Below, one piece after another: positions 10,460-17,744 of a stretch of DNA of 64,000 bases (the stretch's first letter is position 1; each line of letters starts with the position of its first letter). The translations under genes and the position numbers were made by a program. Source of the stretch: an uncultured Chloroflexia bacterium. Lineage in GTDB: Bacteria; Chloroflexota; Limnocylindria; Limnocylindrales; CSP1-4. The stretch lies in NCBI GenBank assembly GCA_963813225.1, contig CAWEYB010000001.1, forward strand, positions 256,362 to 320,361. The letters are read 5' to 3'. The notes beneath the pieces are model-generated. The model ran no database searches and had not been told where the DNA came from. It saw only the letters and a list, made by a program, of their open reading frames with translations.

Positions 10460-12086
10460 CGCGACGCGAGGCGATCGCCTCGGTGGTCGGGATCTTCGCC
10501 GTCGCGTTCGTGGCCCGGGTGCTGTTCGCGTCGCAGATCGTCTTCCCGAAGCCCGAGGACACGGCCTACTACTTCGGCGTCGCGCGCAACCTGGTCGAGG
10601 GCCGCGGCCTCGTCTCGGACGCGCTGTGGAGCTACCAGACCCCGCCGCTCGCGTTCCCGCGGGCCGCGTTCGAGGTGTGGCTGCCGCTCCCGTCGCTGCT
10701 GGCGGCGATCCCGATGGCGCTCTTCGGCGCCACCTTCGCCGCCGCCCAATGGGCGTCGGTCGTGCTCGGGGCCATCGTGCCCGGTCCTCGCCTGGCGGCT
10801 GGCCGCGGACGTCGCCGTGGAACGCGGGCTGCCGACCGGACGCGCCCGGGTGCTGGCCGTCGGCACCGGGCTGACCTGCGCCGTCTACCTGCCGCTGCTC
10901 CTCCATTCCGCCCTGCCCGACTCGACGATGCCGTTCGCGGTCCTCGCCCTCGCGGCCTGCCTGCTGATGGCGCGCATCGCCCGCGAGCCGCGTGGCGGCC
11001 GCCTCGCTCGACCTGCGTGTCGTCGGTCTCGGCGTCCTCATCGGCCTGGCCGCCCTGACCCGCAACGAGGCGATCTACCTCGGCCTGGCCTGGCTCATCG
11101 TCGCGGCCGGCATCGCCGGGCTGGACCGCCGGACGCGGGCCGGGCTCATCGGCGCGGTCGCGGCGGTCGCGCTGCTGGTCTTCCTGCCGTGGGCGATCCG
11201 CGACTGGGCCACCTTCGGCAGCCCGTTCCCGGGGCAGGCGGTCGCCAACGCGTTCTCGATCAGCGGCTTCGACATCTTCGCCTGGAACGATCCGCCGACG
11301 CTGGCCCGCTACCTGGCGGTCGGGCCGGCCCAGCTGATCGACATGCGCGTCGAGGGGCTCAGCCACAACCTGTTCAGCGTCCTGCTGCTGCCGGGTCTGC
11401 CGGTCTCGCTGATCGGCCTCATCGGGCTGCCGTGGGCCATCCGCGGCGGCGCCATCCGGCCGCTGGTCATCGTCAGCTTCGCGACCTTCCTGGTGACCAG
11501 CCTCGTCTTCCCGGTCGCCACGACCTGGGGCACGTTCCTCCACGCCGCCGGCCCGTTCCAGGTCCTGCTGGTCGTGTCGGCACTGCTGGCGCTCGACGCG
11601 CTCATCGCCCGGGTCGGCGTCCGGCTGGGCTGGACCCGACCGGTCGCCTGGCTCGGACCACTGCTCGGGATCTTCGGGTCGCTGCTCTTCTCGGTCGCGC
11701 TGCTGCCGTCGTTCGGGTCGGGCTCGAGCGCCACGGCCGAGCAGTACCGCCAGCTGGCGGCGGCGATGTCGGGCATCGGCCACCCGCTCGACGGCTCGAG
11801 CGGCCCGGTCATCACCAACTTCCCGATCTGGATGGCCGAGACCCAGCGGATCGACTCCCTGGCACTCCCCGACGAGCCGCCGCGGGACGTGCTCGACCTC
11901 GCCTCGACCTTCGGCGCGAAGCTCGTCGTCCTGCTCGACGCCGACAGCACCCACTGGCCGCACGACCTCGACGCCGGCGTCGACGGCAGCACCTGCTTCC
12001 ACGAGCTCGATCTCGCCGCGGCCCCGAGCCGGTCGCCCGGCGACACCCTGAGCGGCGTTCGTGCGTTCGAGGTCGTCTGCCCATGA
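10456..12086 (+). CDS. Second ArnT/PMT-family membrane glycosyltransferase; two frame breaks (about 10780 and 10990)
   Basis: GTGA overlap with the upstream stop. EDTAYYFGVARNLVEGRGL motif. The sequence continues through ORFs 10456-11058, 10817 onward and 10992-12086. Confidence 0.65.
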
Positions 12087-13229
12087 AAGGCGACCCCTAT
12101 ACTCACACTCCGATGGAGCCAGCACGCGCCGGGACCGATGCTCGGGACAGCCGCTTCGACGGACTCCACGCGGAGGCGAAGGCGGCGGTCGGCTACAGCG
12201 CGAACACGCTGCGGAGCGTCCGCGAGCGGTACCGCGAGGCGTACGCCGATTCGCTCGGTCAGTGGCAGGAGCTGCGCGACCAGCTCGACCAGGTCGATCG
12301 TGGACCGGTCGACGGCGGATGGGCGACCGGCACCGCTCCCATCGATCGGGCGGCCGATGCGGCGGAGGCCGGCGCCGACGACGCGCGCCGTCGAAGGCTG
12401 CGCGGGGACGTCGAGACGCTGACCACCGACCTCGGCGACCACCAGGCCGAGCTGGCCAAGCTCGAGCTCGCCGAGCGGACGCTCGAGCGCACCTGGCTGT
12501 TCCTCGAGCGCGGCGATGCGACGCTGCTGACCGATGTCGGCGGACCGACCACCGCCGGCGACGTCCAGATGCGGATCGTCGAGGCGCAGGAGGCCGAGCG
12601 CTCGCGGCTGGCCCAGGAGATCCACGACGGCCCGGCCCAGGCGCTCAGCAACACGATCTTCCAGGTCGAGTACATCGAGAAGGTCATCGATTCGGACCCG
12701 ATGCTCGCCCGCACCGAGCTGCGCTTCCTGCGCGAGCTCCTCCGTCGCGAGCTGGGCGACGTCCGGGCGTTCATCAGCCAGCTCCGACCGCCGATGCTCG
12801 ATCAGCTCGGGCTCGACGGCGCCATCACCGATACCGTCCGAATACATGAGGACGCTGACCGGGATCGACATCGCGCTCGACCTGGCGGCCCCGGCCGACG
12901 TCCTGACCGACGGCCAGCGGACCGTCGCGCTGCGCGTGACGCAGGAGGCCCTGCAGAACGTCCGCAAGCACGCCGCCGCGACCACCGTCTCGGTGACGAC
13001 CCAGCTCGGCGAGGACGACTGCTGGTCGCTCGAGGTCCGCGACGATGGCCGCGGTTTCGACATCGGCGCGGTCGCGGCCCGCGGCCGGCGGAACTTCGGG
13101 CTCCAATTCATGCGCGAGCGTGCCGAGCTGATCGGCGCGCGTTTCGACGTACGATCGCGGCCGGACGGCGGGACCGTCGTCCGCCTGGCGATCCCGACCG
13201 GACCCAGTACGGAAGAGGAGAGCTCATGA
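12083..13229 (+). CDS. Soluble DegS-like (HisKA_3) sensor histidine kinase with an N-terminal coiled coil; one frame break near 12840
   Basis: ATGA overlap at 12083-12086. H-box RSRLAQEIHDGPAQALSN, N-box QEALQNVRKHA, G-boxes VRDDGRGF and GLQFMRERAELIGA. No transmembrane segment. Confidence 0.8.
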
Positions 13230-13972
13230 GTGCGATGGACTACAACGGCCCAGATCGTCGGCGCGGCGGTCCGGACCGTCGCGCCCTCGACGAGGTGACG
13301 AGGATCCTCGTCGTCGACGACCATGCGCTGTTCCGGATGGGGATCGCCAACATCCTCGGGCACGAGTCCGACTTCGAGATCGTGGCCGAGGCCGAGGATT
13401 CGCGCGGCGCCATCGACCGCGCCCTCGAGACGTCGCCCGACATCATCCTGATGGATCTGTCGCTGCCCTCCCCGGGCGGCATCGAGACGACCCAGCGGAT
13501 CAAGCGCGAGCTGCCCTCGACCGGGATCATCGTGCTCGCCCAGACCGAGGACGAGGACGCGCTGTTCGACGCGATCAAGGCGGGCGCCGCCGCGTTCATC
13601 CTCAAGGACGTCGGCCCGGACGACCTGGTGACCATCATCCGTCGGGTGGTCGCGGGCGAGTACCTCATCAACGACAAGGTCTTCTCCAAGCCGGCCGTCG
13701 CCTCGCGCGTCCTCAAGGAGTTCCGCGAGCTGGCGGTCTACGGCCAGGATGCCGCGCCGATCTTCGCGCCGCTCTCCCCGCGCGAGGTCGAGATCCTCGA
13801 CAACATCGCCCAGGGGATGACCAACAAGCAGGTCGCCTACGCGCTGTCGATCAGCGAGCAGACCGTCAAGAACCACATGAGCTCGATCCTCCGCAAGCTG
13901 TCCGTCAACGACCGGACCCAGGCCGTCGTCTACGCGATGCGCCAGGGCTGGATCCGGATGCCGGAAGACTGA
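13226..13972 (+). CDS. NarL/LuxR-family response regulator (REC + HTH_LuxR)
   Basis: ATGA overlap at 13226-13229. ILVVDDH, IILMDLSLP, FILKD; C-terminal LSPREVEILDNIAQGMTNKQVAYALSISEQTVKNHM. Confidence 0.9.
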   Translation: MSAMDYNGPDRRRGGPDRRALDEVTRILVVDDHALFRMGIANILGHESDFEIVAEAEDSRGAIDRALETSPDIILMDLSLPSPGGIETTQRIKRELPSTGIIVLAQTEDEDALFDAIKAGAAAFILKDVGPDDLVTIIRRVVAGEYLINDKVFSKPAVASRVLKEFRELAVYGQDAAPIFAPLSPREVEILDNIAQGMTNKQVAYALSISEQTVKNHMSSILRKLSVNDRTQAVVYAMRQGWIRMPED

Positions 13973-13995
13973 TCGCAGGCACGACCCACGCGACC

Positions 13996-15222
13996 ATGAC
14001 CGACATCGCACCCGCAGCCCCGCCACCGGCCACCCTGCCGGAGCTCTCCGGCCGCATGGCCGAGGAGCTGACGCAGCTCGACCGCGAGCTGGTCGAGGTC
14101 GACCTGCTGATCGCCCAGGCCCGCACGGAAGCGACGCGTCACGAAGCGCGCCGTGCATCGGCCGGCGAGAAGCTGACGGCCGCGACGGCATCCGCCACGT
14201 CTGCCGGGACGACGCTCGATCCGACCGTGGCGGCCGACCTCAACGCGCAGCTGGTGCTCCTCACCAAGCGGGCCGCGCTGATGGAGTCGCAGGTCGACGT
14301 CCTCGAAGGCAAGCGGCGCGCGCTGGGCCGCTATCGGGACACGATGGCGGTCTACGCCGAGGCGCTCGAGGGGTTCGGTGACGTCCCGATCCCGCCCGTG
14401 CTGGCCAAGCCGGCTTCCGCCAAGGCACCGGGCCAGCCCGATCCCACAGGTGTCCCGCCGGCGGTCTCGCGCCTCCTTCTCGGCGCGCAGGAGGACCTCC
14501 GCCGCGAGATCGCCCGGGCGATGCACGATGGCCCCGCCCAGAGCCTGACCAACATCGTGCTCCAGGCCCAGATCGTCGAGCGGCTCGTGGAGACCGATCC
14601 GAGCAAGGCCGGCGACGAGGTGCGCCAGCTCGTGGCGATGGTCCAGCAGACGCTCGAGGCGACCAAGTCGTTCATCTTCGACGTCCGGCCGATGGTCCTC
14701 GACGACCTCGGGCTGGTGCCGACGCTGCGTCGCGCGGCGCGCGAGCGCGGTCGGCGGGCGGGCGTCCCGGTCGAGTTCGACTCGTTGGGCCAGGAGCGGC
14801 GGCTGCCGATGGACCTCGAGAGCGGCCTGTTCCGGATCGTCGACGAGGCGATGGCCGCCTACCTGGGCGCCCGAGCCGAGCGCGTGTCGGTCCGGCTCGA
14901 CTGGTCCGAGCAGGTCGAGGCGACCATCTCCGCCTCCCGCAACGCCGCCGAGACGCGTGCCGACGCGACCCCGGACGCCGGCCCGGCCGAGGACCTGCCG
15001 CCGGCCCTGGCGGCGATGATGGAGGACCGCCGCGCGGATGCACGCGACGCGGCCGAGGCAGCCAGGCGCGAGGCGATCGTGGTCCTGCCGCCATCGACCT
15101 GGCGCGAGATCCAGAGCCGGGCGTGGACCCTCGGCCTGACCGCCGAGCTGTCCGCCGACGGCGCACAGCTCCGGCTGGTCGGCGACGTGCCGCCGCTCCA
15201 GACGCCCACCCAGACTGCATGA
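13996..15222 (+). CDS. DegS-like histidine-kinase paralog with an intact H-box but a degenerate ATP-binding domain (pseudo-kinase candidate)
   Basis: Intact 408-aa ORF. H-box REIARAMHDGPAQSLTN is present. The region equivalent to the N/G1/G2 boxes reads RIVDEAMAAYL...ISASRNAAE..., without the conserved Asn, DxGxG or GxGL motifs. Confidence 0.7.
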   Translation: MTDIAPAAPPPATLPELSGRMAEELTQLDRELVEVDLLIAQARTEATRHEARRASAGEKLTAATASATSAGTTLDPTVAADLNAQLVLLTKRAALMESQVDVLEGKRRALGRYRDTMAVYAEALEGFGDVPIPPVLAKPASAKAPGQPDPTGVPPAVSRLLLGAQEDLRREIARAMHDGPAQSLTNIVLQAQIVERLVETDPSKAGDEVRQLVAMVQQTLEATKSFIFDVRPMVLDDLGLVPTLRRAARERGRRAGVPVEFDSLGQERRLPMDLESGLFRIVDEAMAAYLGARAERVSVRLDWSEQVEATISASRNAAETRADATPDAGPAEDLPPALAAMMEDRRADARDAAEAARREAIVVLPPSTWREIQSRAWTLGLTAELSADGAQLRLVGDVPPLQTPTQTA

Positions 15223-15389
15223 CGCGCCCGCGGCTGTCCGCGGTCAGGGGTCAGGGAGTGGTGGAGTACGGGCTCATCCTGGCCCTGACCAGCATCTTCA
15301 CGCTGCTCATCCTGGTGGTCTTCGGCGGGACGCTGGCCGACGTCCTCGGGTTCATCGCCAACGCCATCGATGCGGCGACCGGGGGCTGA
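15219..15389 (+). CDS. Divergent Flp-type prepilin-like peptide (56 aa)
   Basis: The ATG overlaps the kinase-paralog stop (ATGA at 15219-15222). MTRPRLSAVRG/QGVVEYGLILALTSIFTLLILVVF fits the Flp G/XXXXEY motif plus a hydrophobic helix. Confidence 0.6.
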   Translation: MTRPRLSAVRGQGVVEYGLILALTSIFTLLILVVFGGTLADVLGFIANAIDAATGG

Positions 15390-15518
15390 CGGCCCCTCGG
15401 CCCGGTGAGAGTCCGGGGTGACGACCCCGTACCATCAGCCTAGTGTGCCCGCGCCCACTCCCTCCATATAGTGGCCGTGCCCTCAGCCGGGGGTGTCATC
15501 ATCCAGGAGGCACGCTCA

Positions 15519-15701
15519 ATGGCCCTTATCACGGACTTGTATCTCAAGGTCCTCAACGCGTTCGATCGCGATGAGGAAGGCCAGGGACTGGCCGAGTACG
15601 CGCTGATCCTCGCGCTCATCGCCATCGTGGCGATCGTGGCCCTCATCTTCCTGGGCGGCCAGGTCAGCAAGATCCTGAGCCAGGTCGGCAACTCGGTCTA
15701 G
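15519..15701 (+). CDS. flp: Flp pilin paralog A (60 aa; predicted mature peptide 39 aa)
   Basis: AGGAGG lies 8 nt upstream. MALITDLYLKVLNAFDRDEEG/QGLAEYALILALIAIVAIVALIFLGGQVSKILSQVGNSV. Confidence 0.85.
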   Translation: MALITDLYLKVLNAFDRDEEGQGLAEYALILALIAIVAIVALIFLGGQVSKILSQVGNSV

Positions 15702-15725
15702 GCTTCGCACTCGGTAGATCCATGG

Positions 15726-15760
15726 ACCGCCGGTCATCCGACCGGCGGTTCAATCATTTC
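15726..15760 (+). terminator. Rho-independent terminator candidate after flp paralog A
   Basis: accgccggt / accggcggt 9-bp stem with a 6-nt loop, followed by tcaatcatttc. Confidence 0.6.
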
Positions 15761-15808
15761 CGGCTTCTTCTCGCGGTTCGGCCGTGCACCGCAAGCTCCA
15801 AACCCCTC

Positions 15809-15838
15809 TTGACATTAGTCCTACGTCATTCGTACCGT
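15809..15838 (+). promoter_or_regulatory. Promoter candidate for flp paralog B (TTGACA-N18-TACCGT)
   Basis: Perfect -35 at 15809-15814. The -10 at 15833-15838 is weak. A similar architecture sits upstream of paralog C. Confidence 0.35.
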
Positions 15839-15881
15839 CCGTGCTCCGGGGATCCCAAGCAGCTAACGGAGGTCTGATCGA

Positions 15882-16049
15882 ATGACACGCGTCATGGACA
15901 TCCTGAGCTCGCTGCGCCGTGAGGACGGCCAGGGGCTCGCGGAGTACGCACTGATCCTTGCACTCATCGCCATCGTCGCCATCGTCGCCCTCATCTTCCT
16001 GGGCACGCAGGTCAGCCAGATCCTCAGCCAGGTCGGCAACTCGGTCTAG
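15882..16049 (+). CDS. flp: Flp pilin paralog B (55 aa; too short for the ORF track)
   Basis: Read directly from the sequence: ACGGAGG RBS, then MTRVMDILSSLRREDG/QGLAEYALILALIAIVAIVALIFLGTQVSQILSQVGNSV and TAG. Confidence 0.85.
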   Translation: MTRVMDILSSLRREDGQGLAEYALILALIAIVAIVALIFLGTQVSQILSQVGNSV

Positions 16050-16071
16050 GACCGCACGAGCGTGACTTCAA

Positions 16072-16107
16072 AGACCGCCGGCACCTTCGGGGCCGGCGGT
16101 CTTCTCT
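16072..16107 (+). terminator. Rho-independent terminator candidate after flp paralog B
   Basis: agaccgccggc / gccggcggtct 11-bp stem with a 9-nt loop, followed by tctctgtg. Confidence 0.65.
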
Positions 16108-16163
16108 GTGCCGCCTATGTGCCACGCGTCAACGGGTTCGCGGTCATAGGCCCATTCGCCCGC

Positions 16164-16192
16164 TTGACGCGATGGGCTCTTGCCTCTACCTT
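16164..16192 (+). promoter_or_regulatory. Promoter candidate for flp paralog C (TTGACG-N17-TACCTT)
   Basis: -35 at 16164-16169 and -10 at 16187-16192. Confidence 0.35.
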
Positions 16193-16246
16193 GACCCAGC
16201 CCTCGCTCGCCGGGGAGCTTTTTCGGAAAGGAGGTACCTACCACAC

Positions 16247-16420
16247 ATGACTTCGATCTATCTTCGGATCATGAACTTCCTTGATCGGGACGAGGAAGGC
16301 CAGGGTCTCGCCGAATACGCACTGATCCTTGCACTCATCGCCATCGTGGCCATCGTCGCCCTCATCTTCCTGGGCAACCAGGTCAGCAAGATCCTGAGCC
16401 AGGTCGGCAACTCGGTCTAA
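16247..16420 (+). CDS. flp: Flp pilin paralog C (57 aa)
   Basis: AAGGAGG RBS. MTSIYLRIMNFLDRDEEG/QGLAEYALILALIAIVAIVALIFLGNQVSKILSQVGNSV. Confidence 0.85.
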   Translation: MTSIYLRIMNFLDRDEEGQGLAEYALILALIAIVAIVALIFLGNQVSKILSQVGNSV

Positions 16421-16444
16421 CCGGGTCGCTTACCAACTCGATCG

Positions 16445-16484
16445 ACGGCCGTCGGACCTCCGGGTCCGGCGGCCGTTTCTCATT
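16445..16484 (+). terminator. Rho-independent terminator candidate after flp paralog C
   Basis: acggccgtcggacc / ggtccggcggccgt 14-bp stem with one mismatch, followed by ttctcatt. Confidence 0.65.
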
Positions 16485-16544
16485 GCCCGCGCACCACCCC
16501 GGGCGCCTCCGGCACCACCCGGGACGCGCGGTTCGGCGACCTTT

Positions 16545-16578
16545 CAGGATTCCTTGCCGCGTGCAGGATTTCCTGCCG
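16545..16578 (+). promoter_or_regulatory. Direct repeat caggattccttgccg / caggatttcctgccg (19-nt register) abutting the cpaB promoter; candidate regulator-binding site
   Basis: Two 15-nt copies with 13/15 identity at 16545-16559 and 16564-16578, just upstream of the extended -10 motifs. Confidence 0.3.
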
Positions 16579-16603
16579 TTTCCTCCTAATGGTCCTAGCC
16601 CTT

Positions 16604-16639
16604 TGGTATAGTCGCGCGGCTCTGGGCCGGTGCTAGAGT
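16604..16639 (+). promoter_or_regulatory. Two tandem extended -10 promoter candidates upstream of cpaB (TGGTATAGT at 16604-16612, TGCTAGAGT at 16631-16639)
   Basis: TGnTAnAGT motifs 70 and 43 nt upstream of the TTG start at 16682. GGGGAGA RBS. Confidence 0.4.
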
Positions 16640-16681
16640 GGTGCCACCTGTCACACCAATCCTCTGTCGGGGAGAACCAAC

Positions 16682-17596
16682 TTGAAGCGTTCCAATCGCC
16701 TCGTCCTGCTCGTCGGGGTCTTCCTGGCGATCGTCGCGTTCGTGGGGATCCTGTTGCTCGTCCGGAGCCCAAGCACCGGCCGACAACGGCCAGGCCGTCG
16801 CGCCGACGACGGGCCCCGTCGTCGTCGCGTCGGTGGACATCCCCCTGTCGACGAAGATCAGCGCCGACCAGGTGACGACCAAGACGCTCGATCTGACGCA
16901 GATCCTGCCCGGGCGCCTACACGGACCCGTCCCAGGTCGTCGGCCAGATCGCCCGACAGCCCGTCGCGACGGGCGCTCAGATCACGAGCGCCACGACCGC
17001 CGGCGGCGGTCCCCGGCCAGATCACCAACATCGATTGCCCCGCCACCCTGCGCTGCATGGCGGTCCAGGTGGACCAGGTCAGCGGCGTCGGGACGGTCAT
17101 CAAGACCGGTGACTACGTCGATGCGGTCGTCGGCCTGACGGCGGACAAGTTCCCGGTCACCACGATCAACCCGACCGATAACTCGATCACCGTCGTCGCC
17201 GGCATCAACGGCACGAGCGTCAAGCTCCTGCTCCAGGGCCTGCAGGTCATGGGCACGCTGCTGCCGCCGGTCGCCCCGCCGCCGGAAGGCAGCACGACCG
17301 CCTCGCCGGCCCCGTCCGGCGGACCGAGCACCGCGCTCAATGGCCAGCAGGAGATCGTCGTCCTGGCCGTCAGCGCCCAGCAGTCCGAAGTCCTCAAGTT
17401 CGTCCAGATGGACGGGAGCATCTCGCTCGCGCTCCGATCGCCCAACGACTTCATCGACCCGGCAACGGGAGCCCCGCTCCCGCCGGTCTCGGCCGAGACG
17501 ACGGGCATCATCCTCAAGACCCTGGTCGACTCGTACGGCGTCCTTCCGCCGGAGCTCGTCCAGACCGTGATCCCGACCGCCACCAAGAAGCCATAG
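16682..17596 (+). CDS. cpaB: Flp pilus assembly protein CpaB (N-terminal TM helix, SAF/RcpC-type domains); about 3 frame breaks between 16770 and 17010
   Basis: MKRSNRLVLLVGVFLAIVAFVGILLLV. The SAF-like VDIPLSTKISADQVTTKTLDLTQILPG is in another frame. The C-terminal part GDYVDAVV...EIVVLAVSAQQSEVLKFVQMDGSISLALRSP is in the original frame. Confidence 0.75.
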   Translation: MKRSNRLVLLVGVFLAIVAFVGILLLVRSPSTGRQRPGRRADDGPRRRRVGGHPPVDEDQRRPGDDQDARSDADPARAPTRTRPRSSARSPDSPSRRALRSRAPRPPAAVPGQITNIDCPATLRCMAVQVDQVSGVGTVIKTGDYVDAVVGLTADKFPVTTINPTDNSITVVAGINGTSVKLLLQGLQVMGTLLPPVAPPPEGSTTASPAPSGGPSTALNGQQEIVVLAVSAQQSEVLKFVQMDGSISLALRSPNDFIDPATGAPLPPVSAETTGIILKTLVDSYGVLPPELVQTVIPTATKKP

Positions 17597-17744
17597 GCAC
17601 AGGCGCACACCGCCCGGGCGCTTCGGCGGCCGGGCGGGCTCCCCGACCGGGGGCGGGCGCGAGGGCCATCGTCCAGCGCCCGCCACGACCCGGTCTTGAA
17701 CCGACCCATCGCATCACACCATCGCAAGGACAGACCAGAGCGAG

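Noticed and set aside
8762-11065. 767-aa minus-strand ORF antisense to the ArnT-like genes
   Set aside because: Extreme Arg/Pro/Gly/Asp composition (RRRR, RDRE runs) and no recognisable domain. It lies antisense to well-supported membrane-protein genes. This is a typical high-GC shadow ORF.
11309-14191. 960-aa minus-strand ORF antisense to the kinase and regulator genes
   Set aside because: Same shadow-ORF composition. The + strand encodes clear HisKA_3 kinase and LuxR regulator motifs.
15519-16420. Regularly spaced repeats of about 130 bp that might suggest a CRISPR-like array
   Set aside because: The repeated units are the coding regions of three Flp pilin paralogs, each with an RBS, a start and a stop. 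The sequences between them are promoter and terminator regions. There are no cas genes.
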